A stretch of 64,000 nucleotides of DNA, from positions 2,231,329 through 2,295,328 of the forward strand of contig OZ199838.1 in NCBI GenBank assembly GCA_964304625.1. The letters are read 5' to 3'. The stretch's first letter is position 1; each line of letters opens with the position of its first letter. Below are positions 41,535 to 54,539 of this stretch, piece after piece. A model generated the notes under the pieces. That model saw only the letters and a program-made list of their open reading frames with translations. It did no database searches and was not told where the DNA came from. A program made the position numbers and the translations under genes. Source of the stretch: Kudoa neothunni. Taxonomy: Eukaryota > Animalia > Cnidaria.

Positions 41535-41931
41535 ATCTAAACTTAAGTTGCGTATTCTAAGTGTAGACAGATTTTCGATACGAATCTAGGTCAGGCATGC
41601 GAAAATTCGATAAGCTGTATCAGGGTGAACTACTTGGGCTGGCTACAATAACCTTATAGCATAAACATGCACACTTTAAATGGTAAGCTCATTGCTAGAG
41701 TTCAAAGCAATATGTGGAATTTATACAAAAAATAGAGGCAATGAGAAATGTTATCAAACGATAATTCTCAAATGTAATAAAAATCATCTTATATGGCTTC
41801 TGAAATTGATGTAATTTGTGAAAATTTACTTTTAGGCAACAATACGAGCATTTTTTACTCCATTCGCCATTCGTCAATTTTCGGCATTTTTGAAACGAGT
41901 TCCTTCCGACTCCAGTTGTATACCCCCAAAC

Positions 41932-42318
41932 ATGGAGTTAAAGGAGTCCAACTGTGGTCATATGAGTAACTCAGAGGTGTTGGATTTTTTGCAACAATCA
42001 CATTACAACTTTAAACGTCTCAACAACTACAGGGAAATAACCCATAAAGTGAAAACATATCTAACTGAGCAAGTGGAGATCGTTGGCAATAAAGATCATA
42101 GCGAATCGTCATCATCCAACCTGGAAGTCGATAGGAAAGTGATTGCTTTACTAAAACAAAAAGCTAAATTTGAGAAAATTGAGATTCTTCAAGTTGTCAA
42201 CCAGCGACCAAAGTCACTTCTAGACCTACAAGTGTTATTGGAGAACTGTGATTCGAGGTTTAATGATGATGAGTTGGAAGCTTTACTTGAGGAACTCGAT
42301 TCTGTATATAAATCGTAG
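41932..42318 (+). CDS. CRCP: RNA polymerase III subunit RPC9/C17 (CGRP receptor component), intronless
   Basis: MELKESNCGHMSNSEVLDFL...VKTYL...EILQVVNQRPKS...LLENCDSRF..DEL matches the Rpb4/C17 family. Confidence 0.85.
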   Translation: MELKESNCGHMSNSEVLDFLQQSHYNFKRLNNYREITHKVKTYLTEQVEIVGNKDHSESSSSNLEVDRKVIALLKQKAKFEKIEILQVVNQRPKSLLDLQVLLENCDSRFNDDELEALLEELDSVYKS

Positions 42319-43093
42319 ATTTTGGGTCGAATTTTTGTAACGTTTAGTGTGATATATAATTGTTATGTGGTGTTTTTGCGCGCTATATTTTATGAAAAAT
42401 GTGATTAATTGTATCATTTTACCAACCAATTCAAAAAATAGCACACATAACATGCGTTGTCTTCATCTTCATACAAAAGTCCTAAGTTTTCATAAGCCCC
42501 ACTTAAGTCTAGTTTTAAGATTTTCTGTGGCTTAATTGTTTCCACTAATATGCAACAATGAGAAAATGTTGATATGTGTTAAAAATATCTGCTTTGATGA
42601 AATTTCTATACCTAAAATTTGATTGGTTCAAGAATTCTAATATATGCGCGCGCATATACACAGATATTTATGTTTTATTGAGTTTGCGTTTTTCAAGATT
42701 TCTTATCACATAATTTCTCGCCTCGGCATTAATAAGGTTGTTTGGATAGATTATAAACCCCAATTCATTCTCCTTAATAATTTTCACGCCTCATTGTTAA
42801 TCTGCAAGTTAAGACACTACTACTGTATTAAGAATTAATATGACGATTGGTGAATAACACACATAAATAGGTGTTAAAGTTTACAATGTATTTTTACTTT
42901 TTTATATCAATTAAAATGAAATATTTGGGAGATTGAAATAAACTTAAAAACTGGCTAACATTCATTATTAAATGTGAATTTTTAGAATGCTCTTTGCAAA
43001 TTATGAATATCATGACGACATCAACAAATTATATTGCAAGGGGAATATACGGATGTGCGCGCATCGTGATTATAATAATTAATCCCAGGCATT

Positions 43094-43743
43094 ATGCGTT
43101 CAAACCCAATCGAGGCCTCTCTATCACAGAAAGATATAAACGTAAGTGGTTTATATAGCGCTGGCCGAGGTATACAACTACCACTTAGAATATTAAAAAA
43201 GCCACCGACAACTCTCTTCAATCTGAATCCAAACTTTCCGATGATGAACTTTTCACCCTCGCTTGTGCGTTGGTACAAAGTTCCAAGAAGGTCGATGTAG
43301 AGGATGGCATAAATATATTTGATAGTATGGTCTCGGTTGTGGACCAATGTCTTCAATCTTTTAATTTATAGATTTATGCAAAAACGGCGCCGATCAAAGG
43401 GATGCTTTGTTTTTCCTAAGTGTGGGCCATTATAGATTATCAGTATACATTTCGATTTTATACCAATCAACCAATACTAATTTTATATTGTAGAATGACG
43501 ATGAAGCGTTGGTTTACGTGGATAAACTTTTATCGTTCGAACCACAAAACAGACAGGCTGACTCTCTCAAAAATAAAATTATTAAAACTAGGGAAAGAGG
43601 TTAATTAATTGGTTCGAGTTGTTGTATTGATGTGATTTTTGATAGAGGGTAGATTAACGTTGTTATCTGTGACTGCTGCGTCAACTGTATTGTTTGGAGC
43701 AATTGTAGGTGCGCTGGTCTATGGTATTGGAAAAAAATCATAA
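43094..43743 (+). CDS. FIS1: Mitochondrial fission protein 1, 5 exons; not evident in the ORF track
   Basis: Spliced: FTLACALVQSSKKVDVEDGINIF..L....DQRDALFFLSVGHYRL.NDDEALVYVDKLLSFEPQNRQA..L, then a C-terminal TM and GKKS*. Confidence 0.9.
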
Positions 43744-43886
43744 TGTATCTCCTCAAGGAGCACACATTTATATGAATTTTAAGTCGGTTGTGTGTTACAT
43801 TTAATTTTTTCGAATTTTTCTATTGGATTGTTTTTTATTTCGTTGCATTTTTTTGGGTTTTAATTAATATTTAACTTATCTGAGTA

Positions 43887-45352
43887 CAGTAGGCAATCGA
43901 TAGTGCACATTTAATTTTTTGGGCGGTTTTTTTATTTTTCAGCGTATATATTATACCTTTTATTTAATTATAATAATAAAAAATTATTAAGATTATCTTA
44001 GCGAAAAATAATTCGCGATTTTTATTTTAATCATATTTTTTGATACAGTTAGCGACCGATTTTACGCCCTTTTTTTAAAAAACAACTTAGTGGTTCTCAT
44101 ATTAAATGTGTATATTCTAAGGTTTATTGTGATTAATATTACCCATTTTACAAATATAAAATCTTCATTTAATATCAAATAATACCAAGGTATGTAAAAT
44201 CTGTAGTGACCAATTTCACATACATTTTTATTCCGATTTCTATACCACTTGCGGATTTTACACAATCACTAGCTATGTTCATTGATAGCCAAATGCGTTG
44301 AACATTTAATGAAAAAAACAATTACTATTCGTCAATTCGAGATTTCCACATTATATTCTTTTTATGAAATAAAAAAGAGGATGAAGTTGACGAAATAATA
44401 CTCGAGTAGGAGACAATGAAAGATGAAATGGTTGGTATTAACGAAAATAAAGACGTTATATAATCAACTATGAAGGATATCGAACAGGAGGAGGTTAAAA
44501 TAACACCTATAAATTTAATATAAAGAAGAAAGTGATCGTGTGAACAATTTAAAGCACATACCAAAGTCGGTGGTAATAGAAAATACAAGCTATTGTGTGA
44601 ATTTGAATTTGAAGTAGAGGTTTATGAAATGTCATTGAAGAATATTCGACAATTGAAAATAACAGAATTTTATCCATGTTTTAGAAACCAAATTAGAAAT
44701 TCATTATTTTGTGTACAAATAAAAATATAAATTAATAAAATTTACTAAATTTATTTGCTTGACTTTCAGAGACTGTGATATAGTTTTTACAAATAAAAAT
44801 CAGTTTTTTTTTATTTTTGCGCGTGCGCACAATTGGGGTGTAAAATCGGTTACCCATTGTATAATCTTTATATCCTTTTCCATTTGGATAAAATATAGTG
44901 AATGATCAGTTCTAAAAAATTATAAATACCATTTTATTTCTTATGCATTTTTTTAACACAATATGAAATTTTTTTATATTTTTACCATAAAATCTTTATT
45001 TATGTGGATCTATAACATTCTTTAATTGGTAACTTATATTGTCTTGAAATAAAATTTATTCTATTTCTATTTCCGTTTTCATGGAAATGATCATTTTTTG
45101 ACAGATATCTCAAAAAACTTGTTCTATTCATTCAAAAATTCAACCGTCAGGAATAAAATTTTCCCCTTGTTTCTATTAAAAATAATTTAATATACGTGGT
45201 TTGGCCGAAAAAGTGCTTATTATCGGCTAGTCACGTGACACGACAGATTGGAAATTTCTTGCTGTAATTAAAAAATATTATAAAACGTTTCACCCAATAT
45301 AAACTTTGAATACGTCGTATCGATGTAAATGCGTATTATCGGTTGCCTACTT
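43887..45352 (+). mobile_element. pogo/Tigger-like Tc1-mariner relic
   Basis: TA|CAGTAGGCAATCGATAGTGCACATTTA ... TAAATGCGTATTATCGGTTGCCTACTT|TA. Internal acidic coding remnant ending RQLKITEFY (44647-44673), like the C-terminal PIP-box of pogo transposases. Confidence 0.7.
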
Positions 45353-47476
45353 TATTAGAAACACCAAAAAAATATTTGTTTAGAGGTTGAACTCATACCA
45401 ATTTCCTTTCTTTTATTATTGTAACATAATTATAATAAGTGATGACTTGGAATAGAGATAATTCGAATATTGGAAATTATTTCATTTAATCGTCTATTGA
45501 AGGTTATTCAAGTAGTATTAGATAGAACTGGTTTTGTTTTAGACGAAAATATACAAGATTTAGCTGTTTAAGTTATCCCGTGTGTTGTTTTTTTCGTAGT
45601 ATTTCTTATAAATAGTATATTCTAATTGGTTCACATCAAGTCTCTCAGTAATATAACTGGAAAGTGTCGGAACGAAGAATGTCAGCAAATAGGCATGTGT
45701 GAACACGTGTTTCCTGTTAATTAAAGTTTTTTTGATTTTTCATATTTAAATCGCTTATATTGGATGGAGTTTTATATTAAAGGAGTTAATAGGAATTTGG
45801 TATTGCCACAAGGAAGAAAAATTAAGGTTGGGGTCATTGTTTCGTAATTTTTGCTTAGAACGTGTATTATAAATGTCAATACACCATAGCGGTATAATGC
45901 CGAATTTAGTCTCCCTAATCCATTACTGTGATTTTTTAATTCAAATTCTTAAACGACGTAAAACCTAAACTTGTGATTGAGCTCGAATTAAAAAATGTTA
46001 ATAGCTAAATTTTGTTTCAAATTTATTAGGTTCCTGAAAATATTCATTATAAAAATTACGTAACGAACATTTTTTCTCCATTTACCTATTAACGGAAAAT
46101 ATTAAAATGAATTTCAGATCGTTATAAATAAGATATTCAACTATAGACACATCATTACAATTATTGTGATTTAGTAACGCTCAGCCGCAATTTCCACCAA
46201 AAAATACGGTATAACGGCGCATTATGGACCATAGCAACCCTAATGGAAGCATGTTATATTCTGGATTTTTCTAAAATGTATTGATTAAGCGTCTCAACAT
46301 CCTGATTTGATATTACTAAAATTAGGATGATCATTAAATAATTATGCATTTTTTGTATAAACGAATCATAGCAATAATATATCAATTCAAATTACCACAT
46401 TCGATTAAATTAATGTTTATTGTTTACGAATAAAGATATAATACAATTTTGGCCGAGTTATATTAGTTTTGCTACTCATAATATCATTCATTAAATAACA
46501 ATTAAAGCATATCAATCTAACATACATTCAAACGTTATTCATTTGAAACACTGGATGATTTAAAATGATTTGATATTAGACAACAACATTGATATTTTGG
46601 GTTTACAGTCAACGATAATCTTATGAAATAAAAATAAAGTTTTGAGCATTTACCTGGTAATGTTAAAAGTTTCTATTATTTGTACATAGCGGAGTACAAA
46701 TTGGAAACGTAAAATATTTTTCGTTGCCCCAAAATATGAAGATGCATATAGTAAAAAACATATTACTTTGATAAATTTTGTTTCTTTCTTGTGTAAAATT
46801 AATAATAAATAAATTATTCACAACTGATTTAATTAGTTGATAACAAAAATATAACCTGATTTAAATAAATAATAATACGTCAAATAGCGTGTTGTTGTGA
46901 ATTTCGGATTAATTATAAAATTAGTTATTTTTGGACTAAACTATAGGCTGTTATTGAAATAATCCCATTTAAATCTTTAATTTGGTCTGCCTTGTCTATT
47001 AATAAAAACAAAAATACGATATAATGTAAAAAAACAAATATAATGAATTTATTAAAGGTAATCACAAAATAAATTTATAATTAATCCATAAAATTCACTG
47101 GTAAAAATTTATAAACTAAAATTTTTGATTATTAGTTTGAATTTAAATTCACATTTTATTTAATCGTCATTATCAATTGGTGATATTAGATAATATCTGA
47201 GCATGTATAATTATTTAAATAAAAACACTCTGAAGATTAAGATATTTCAATAAAATAATATATTGAAAAAAATTCTGAAGAATTTATAGCAATAAAAATA
47301 AACTTACATAATAAAACAAAAAGTGTAACAGAAGGAAAAACCATAATCAGGTTTATATTTATTCCAAAATATAAAATCTAGACAATCATACCGATCTAAG
47401 CTCTCAACTAGAGAGAAATATTTTTATTATGAAAAATTTAACAAAAGATATACTTTTATGCGAAATCCATCTATTC

Positions 47477-49794
47477 CAGGGGCCTCCAAACTTTTTGAGG
47501 CTAGGGCCTCATTGGGTTGTTGATATTACTCAGAGAGCCGAATTAAAAATTCAAACAAAAAACTAGGAAATCTAAATAATTGCGAGTAAAAAATTCTTAG
47601 GGGCTAAATAATGAAAATAAATAATTGTAACAGAAACAATGATGAGTTTATTTTCCATTATTTGAAGAGTGAAGTTGTTTCAGATCTGATTAATAATATC
47701 CCCTTATGGCGTGAACTTGAACGTCCTTATCATCAATATTGAATTTAAGCGATCGTCAGACAAATGTGTTCTGTACGCGGATTTCACATATTTCATTTTT
47801 GAAAATGTTTTCTCGCGCAAATAAGTTGTGGCAAAAACTTATAAAATTGCAATAAATTGTTTTCATTATATTTACGTTTGTATATTTCATTTGCTTGAAG
47901 GTCAATGATTTCCATTTGCAACTCCGCAAGTAATTGGTCGATGTGACATCTAAAAGGATTTTCTAATATTAAAATATTCGAGGCAATTGTTTCAATATCG
48001 TTGAAACGTTCATCAAACTGATGCATTAAATTGGAAAGAGTGTATTGGGTGACAACAGTTGGAAAAGATACATTACTTCGTTTGGCGTATTTTTCAAAAC
48101 ATAAAAAATGAGTGAAACAATTATTATTTAACTGTGAATTAAATAAAATCAATTCCTGTCGGAACGCTTTCATTAATGAATAAACATCGTTTATTAACAA
48201 TGTTTCACCTTGCAATTTAAGATTGAAATCGCTCAGGTATACTGTCAAATCTACAAAAATACCAATCATCATTTTTTAACCAATTTAGAGGATTATTATG
48301 TTTGGTAAGAAAAAGACCAATTTCTGCCCTTAAGTCAAAGAATCGACTTAAAACCTTTCCACAGCTAAGCCACCTCACATTTTTTCGGCAAATCCAAGTA
48401 TTCTGCATTTGAATCTTTTAAAAATTCTTTAAATTGTCTATGATGAAGTCTATGTGATCGGATAAAATTAACAGTAGAAACGACGGGATTTAATACTGAT
48501 GACAGATCCAAATTCTTTCCACATAAACCTTGCTGATGAATAATACACTGAAGCGTCAAAGGTTTTTGTCCATCTAAGCCTTTTGTTTTTCCACTCATAT
48601 TTCTACCCTCATCAGTAGTGATACGTATAGATTTATTCCAGCATAGATTGAAATTGTGGAATGACTGTCCAATCTCGTTAAATAGATCGAGGCCCCTTGT
48701 AGTTCCAGTTCCATTCGTGTTATGTACGGAGAGGAATTCGTCTGTAACTTTCAACTCGATATTTACCCCTCTAATGAAAAATAAAAGTTGAGTGGCGTCT
48801 GAAACACCAGTGGATTCATCCAGGGCGATAGAAAAGCAGACAAATTCCTACATTTTATCTCGTAATTGCGAAACAATATTTTCACCAATATTTTCCACTC
48901 TACGACTTATTGTGTTTGCAGAAAGACTTATCTCAGAAAATGAGCTGGCTTTTTCCGGATATACCTCGTTCACCACGTCCTTTAAAGCTTCCTTGAAAAT
49001 TTCACCGTCAGAAAAGGGTTCCCTTTTCGGCTAACAAATAGGTCATGCGAAAACTAGCTCTTGTGGCAGCTTCATTTTCATGAGCAATTTTTTTGAAGAT
49101 CAATTGCCTCGACAAAAAATTATTTTTTAATGTTCTGAATTTCTCCGTACGAACAATTCTATTGTATTTTGAATACTCTGACGAATGTTTTGTCTCGGAA
49201 TGTCTGCGACTATTAAATTCTTCCAGTACTGCGATAGTGTTGTTACAAATAACACGTTTCTTTGTTGCCCAATTTAGTAAAAAAGTACTCCGTATTCCAT
49301 TTATCGTTAAACATTCGACATTCAAGGTCGATTTTTCTCTTTCATCCATAATCCGCCATCATCACATGATAAATCGAAGAGACACAGCCCGCCCGTGAAA
49401 ACAAACGTAAATCAACGGGAATGATTGAAAATCCTGATTTTTACGTGTCATTAAGCAGTAATTTAATCAATAAAAGATTCTATACTTAAATCAAAATTTA
49501 GAAGTTTTCTAACAAAATTACGATTTCTTTATAAATATATCTTTAAACATCGTGATATTTGTAATACAAATTAGATGTAATATTACTATACGAGTATCGA
49601 GAATGCAAGTTTTTCAATGTTTATGATTAAGTTTAATAATAACAATAACAATTTTTTGGAAAGAACTTAACTATGAATCTAACAAGACAATTTTTACGCG
49701 AGTTTCATACAGTTTAATTGCAGAGTAACATTAATTAACTAAACTTTACAAGTCATTATGGAAACATCGGCGGGCCATAGTTTAGAGACCCCTG
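47477..49794 (-). mobile_element. Full-length Buster/SPIN-type hAT transposon with frameshifted GTF2IRD2-like transposase
   Basis: TIRs CAGGGGCCTCCAAACT / CAGGGGTCTCTAAACT; 8-bp TSD ATCTATTC / ATCTATGC. Fragments include ICNNTIAVL.EFN.RRH.ETKH, ITTDEG.NMSG, CIIHQQ, VRWLS.GKVL.RF and NLKLQG. Confidence 0.93.
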
Positions 49795-50637
49795 ATCTAT
49801 GCGAATCTAAAGTAAAATGAGCGCACGCATCGACATATTTGAAGAAATTTCATATTCACAGGTATTTCTCAATTGCGAATATAAAAGTTTTAGCTGAGTT
49901 ATATTTTTTTAATATTAAATAAACTTTTTCAAATTTTAAATAAAATTCATCATATGTTATCATGCTTTTGCTGATGACAAAAATATTTTATGTTTTATAT
50001 GATTCGCTTATCATTGTGCAATGTAATAATCTTATCTTGGCTAAATTTATTAAAGATATACCTTATATTAAATTCAGTTGAAAAAACAAAGTTCGCATAT
50101 CAAATACAAAGGTCATTAAAGAGAAAAAAATTAAATTTCCAATTTATAGCATTATTTTTTGTTTGGTTTAAAATAAAAATAATGTTCCAAAAAATTATAA
50201 AGATAAAAAAAGAGAAATCATCAAGCGAATCAACATTTCTCATTAGATATAAATAAAAATGAATGGAGTTAGAAAGTTTTTATTTTTCAACAAATTTTAA
50301 TTATATGAAATTCATTCCTTTAAATTTATACGCGTAAATATTTAATAGAATATAATATATATCATAAAAAATTAAAAAAAACGTTTCTTGTGTTATACTC
50401 TCCCCTCACGAATATTTTTGAAATTAAAATGAAAATTAAATAAAAAAAGTTATTACAATATAAATCATACACAAATCAATATAGTTACGATAGTACGTAT
50501 ATGAACAATTTTAAAGCAAAATGAGTAGGGTGTATTTTTTAATAATCAAAATGCGAGGATTAATAATAAGCTTACGTTCGTTAGTTGGTGCATGTCAAAG
50601 TTTTAGGCTTTTGACTGTATTTTAATTACGTCGGTTA

Positions 50638-53600
50638 ATGGCTAGGAAAAATAAGAAACGGAAGGCACCACCCACATCTCTTCCTACCAGCAAGTACTTT
50701 ACAGACGAAGGTGGTTCAGGGTCAGATGATTGGGTCGAAATTAAAGGTATTTTCGGTTGAATTTTTTCAATCTTATCTACCGATTTTCATCACAAGAGGA
50801 AGCAGAATTAGCGAATGAATTTAATGAGCAAGATCCTGCGGTGGAAGATATAAAAATTGTTATTAATTCTGGGCGAATAACTAAAAAGTTATTTATTCCG
50901 ACGCTATTCGTTATATAACCCAGCCTTCAGAAACGAATACATGGAAAGGTTGAAAAAGGTTTTGCTAACGGAATTTCGTAGAATCCATAATAATTCCAAC
51001 TTGAGGCTTCATATCGTATACCCCCATTTTTGAGACGGCTAATTTTCGACCTTTATTAGCTCAACTTAATTGTTTGGGTAATCTATGTTGCAAAACTAAA
51101 TGAAATAATTGAACAGCCACTTTATAAAGTAAACTTTGATAGATCATTATTTTTAAATCTCTTCATTTAGGCACTTGTCATGTCGTTTTTCGATGATGAG
51201 GTTTTAGATCTGGCTGGTAGCAGTTCATTTGATGTAGAGAAGTTTCTGTTATGGTGAAAGTTTGTTAGTTGGTGTGAGTCAAATAAATTATTTGTAGGTT
51301 TAAAAGGAGAAAGACGTCAATTTTTTCATCTCTTATACAATGCGTAAACAATTGTAATGTTGACGTTGGTTTATATGCTTTAAGGTCCAACCCGAGCTCC
51401 CCATGAATGGAAGCGATTATTTGGCAAGATTTCAGCTACAGATTTCCGTATTTTATTTTATGTAGGTTTTGGCGGCTTTTCTTAGACAACTTGGATTGGT
51501 TACTCGGTTGATAGTTTCTTTTCAGGTATTGACGTTTGTACTATCGATATTATTGATTTTAAGCCCTGGAATCCAAAAGTGGACTCGGTCAAGTCAAGAG
51601 TAAATTTAATAATGCGGAGTTTATTAACATATTCTTATAAATTGTAGAATCGTTTCGCATATAAAAAACAAGACGACAATGTGGAGGAATCCCAAAAGTA
51701 ATTTTATTTGGCGGGTGCCGACGCCTACTCTTGAAGTAGATCAAAAAATAGCGACCAAAGTGACTCCGAAGGTAGAATCTATAAGTAAAAAATTGAATCA
51801 ATCTTTTTTTAAGATGCCCCTACAACTCGACTCAAGAAAAGTACTTTAAAAAATTTAGATTAAATTCTATCTAAGCTATAGAAATGCCATTGGGACATCG
51901 TGAAATGCTGTCCATAATAAATGTGTGTGATCCTTTCAACTTAGAAGAGAATGAAAATGATGCACAAAAGTCCAACCCAAAGAAATCACCATCAGCCTAT
52001 AAGAAAAAAATAGATCCGGAATTTGGTTAAAGTTTTAGCATAGATTTACGATTTTAATTTTCAACAGGTTACAATTATTGGATTGAGGTTTATATCGAAT
52101 CCACCAAAAGTTGGACATGTTTGTTATTTATAAAATTGACGATGTATTTATTTCCTAGTTTAGGTATTGGTGGATGGGACATGGTGATAGATGATCCATT
52201 TTACATTGCCAAATGTGCCACCAATCCGCTACAATATGTTGTGGCAGTGGACCAATGTAACAATTTGGAAATAAGTTTTTTTGTTTAACTTATTTTTCAG
52301 ATGGTGGTTGGAGTGATGTCACTTTCAAATATTCACCCGAATGGTTGACTGCCACTAAAAAGTTGCGAATAGTTGAAAATTGGTGGCAAAAGTTCCTCAA
52401 ATTAAATCAAGGATCGGATAAAAGTGCGAGGGGGTTGAAGGCTGATCGAAAACTCCTAAAATTATTAGTATTTTTGTTATGCTGCATGTTAATTAACCAC
52501 CAGACTAGGAAAACCAATCTCCCGTACCATCCAAAATATCCGACTGCAAAAACCATCCTCACTACGTGCTTGAGAGAGATCTTTTGAAATACCAAATACT
52601 TTATCCTGATCCACCGCCTATTGTTGGTTACATAAAAGATATTCCAGTTTATTCTCGTGAAAATGTGTTCACCGTATTATTATAATTGATATAATTCAAT
52701 GTTATAATTACTCATATAGTTACAATCAAAAGAGAGATGGTTGATTAAAGAAGGTAGAATGGTGATAGAGGGGTCCCAATGCATTAAAACCGGTGAAAGA
52801 CGTTTCAGCAATAAGGAAGGCGATATTGAATTGTATGGCAAATGGCAGACCACTAAAATCAAACCCACTCTAACTTCTGATGTAATTAAATTTCGCCGTA
52901 ATATTGATACGATATAAAATAGGGCAAATTACCGAAAAACTCCTTTGGAAACATCGAACTCTACAAACCTTGGATGTTACCTCGAGATTGTGTTCATTTA
53001 CCTAGTTAATTAGAGGCTAATTATAGTAATAACCTATATCTCCAAAATGTTTAGTTCCGGGTGTGCTTCGAGTGGCCAAAAAACTTGGTATCGATGCAGC
53101 TCCTGCAGTAGTTGGCTGGAAATATTGCTCACATCCTCATCCAGCGTATTTAAAACTTCTGTATACAAATAATTTCTTCAAGAATTGACGGTATTATTAT
53201 TCTGGAAAAAGATAAAGATCTGCTTCTTGAGGAATGGCAAAAGCATCAAGTCAAAGAGAGACAAGCGGCTTTGCTAGTATTATTTAATTTATTATTTAAC
53301 CCTTTATTGACCATCTTGGGTTCCCCGAGCCTACCTATGCATTAAATGCCGTCTTTCTTCTGTTAAGATTTTAAAGTTGAGGCTGAAATTTCATTTATAT
53401 ACAAAAAATTTACATTTCTTTTGTTTGGTTAAATTTTTAGGAATTAAATTATTTCATGTTAATCCTTTGTTGATTAATTTAAATCCCAAATTAAGAAGCT
53501 GATGTATTGTTAAATTAGAAATGTAAATCATTGTTGTACCAACTCGATTTAGAGTTTTTTCATTTGAAATGTTTAAAATGTCATCGGACTGTTAAAGTGT

Positions 53601-54491
53601 AATGTCTGGTGTGCTTAACGTCTTTGTAGAAGATATAAATACATTGGATAAAAGGTCAGCTGATGAATTGAGTAATGAGCATATTTTTTCTAAAAATCAT
53701 AATTATATGACTGATATTTTTTAATCCCCGTGCTTCAGGAGCCCAAGACTGTCGAAATCATGAGCGTCACAAGATGGCCCATAAAGGGTTAATAATGCTT
53801 AATTATTTCTTAAAAGATGCTCGGCATATATTTTTTATTTGGTTTGTTGTTAGAGTATTCTTAATGGAATTTATACTTAAATAGAAACGTGCTCCCGACC
53901 AAGATACTACGTTTACAGTATACAAGAAATTTTCTGATATCACAATATACTTCATTAACATAAATGAGCACTATTTTAATTTTACAATATTTTTTGAATT
54001 TGAAATAAATTAAGATTAAGATAAGCTAGAACACGATAATAAAATTACTTAATTAGCAGTTTATGCAATTTATTATATATTCTTTATATCAATAAATTGA
54101 ATCGAAAACAATAATATTACTGATAAATATAAAATAATTACACAATAATGACCTTACTTAGTGGAGGATGGAAACTACTAACGTACTGTAATTTAACATG
54201 TCATACATTAATATACGTTATTTAATCTTAAAAACATTTAATCGAATTAATTAAATCCTAGCCTACTCTATAAATATTCATAATTATGACTTAAAGTAAT
54301 AGAAATCGCCACGCCTATTTGATTTTTTCCCTAATTTCAAAATAATTTTCTCAATATCAAATAATAAAATATTATAGAAAAAGAAAAAAGCGGAGGAACG
54401 CATCAAGAAAGAAGAACAAAAAATAAAAAGAGCAGAGGAGAAAGCAAAGGCCATCTTCTCAAAATACAAACACCATGAGGACAATGAATAA
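50638..54491 (+). CDS. XPC: DNA damage recognition protein XPC/Rad4, about 19 short exons
   Basis: FLRQLGLVTRLIVSFQP, YWIEVY, ATNPLQYVVAVD, DVTFKY, KNHPHYVLERDLLKYQILYP, VYSRENV, LYGKWQT, GKLPKNSFGNIELYKPWMLP, RVAKKLGIDAAPAVVGW. Confidence 0.92.
53300..53788. mobile_element. piggyBac-like MITE in the last XPC intron
   Basis: TTAA|CCCTTTTATTGACCATCTTG ... CAAGATGGCCCATAAAGGG|TTAA. Confidence 0.8.
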
Positions 54492-54539
54492 ACACCAAAA
54501 AATAATTTTACAAAATTTGCGAAATAATGCTATGACAGT

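Noticed and set aside
42414-42790. TSEN34 or UQCRB identity for the coding-like remnant
   Set aside because: Only loose motif resemblance, no consistent reading frame, and no room for the remainder of UQCRB.
43021-43356. 111-aa minus-strand ORF
   Set aside because: Antisense shadow of the FIS1 exons.
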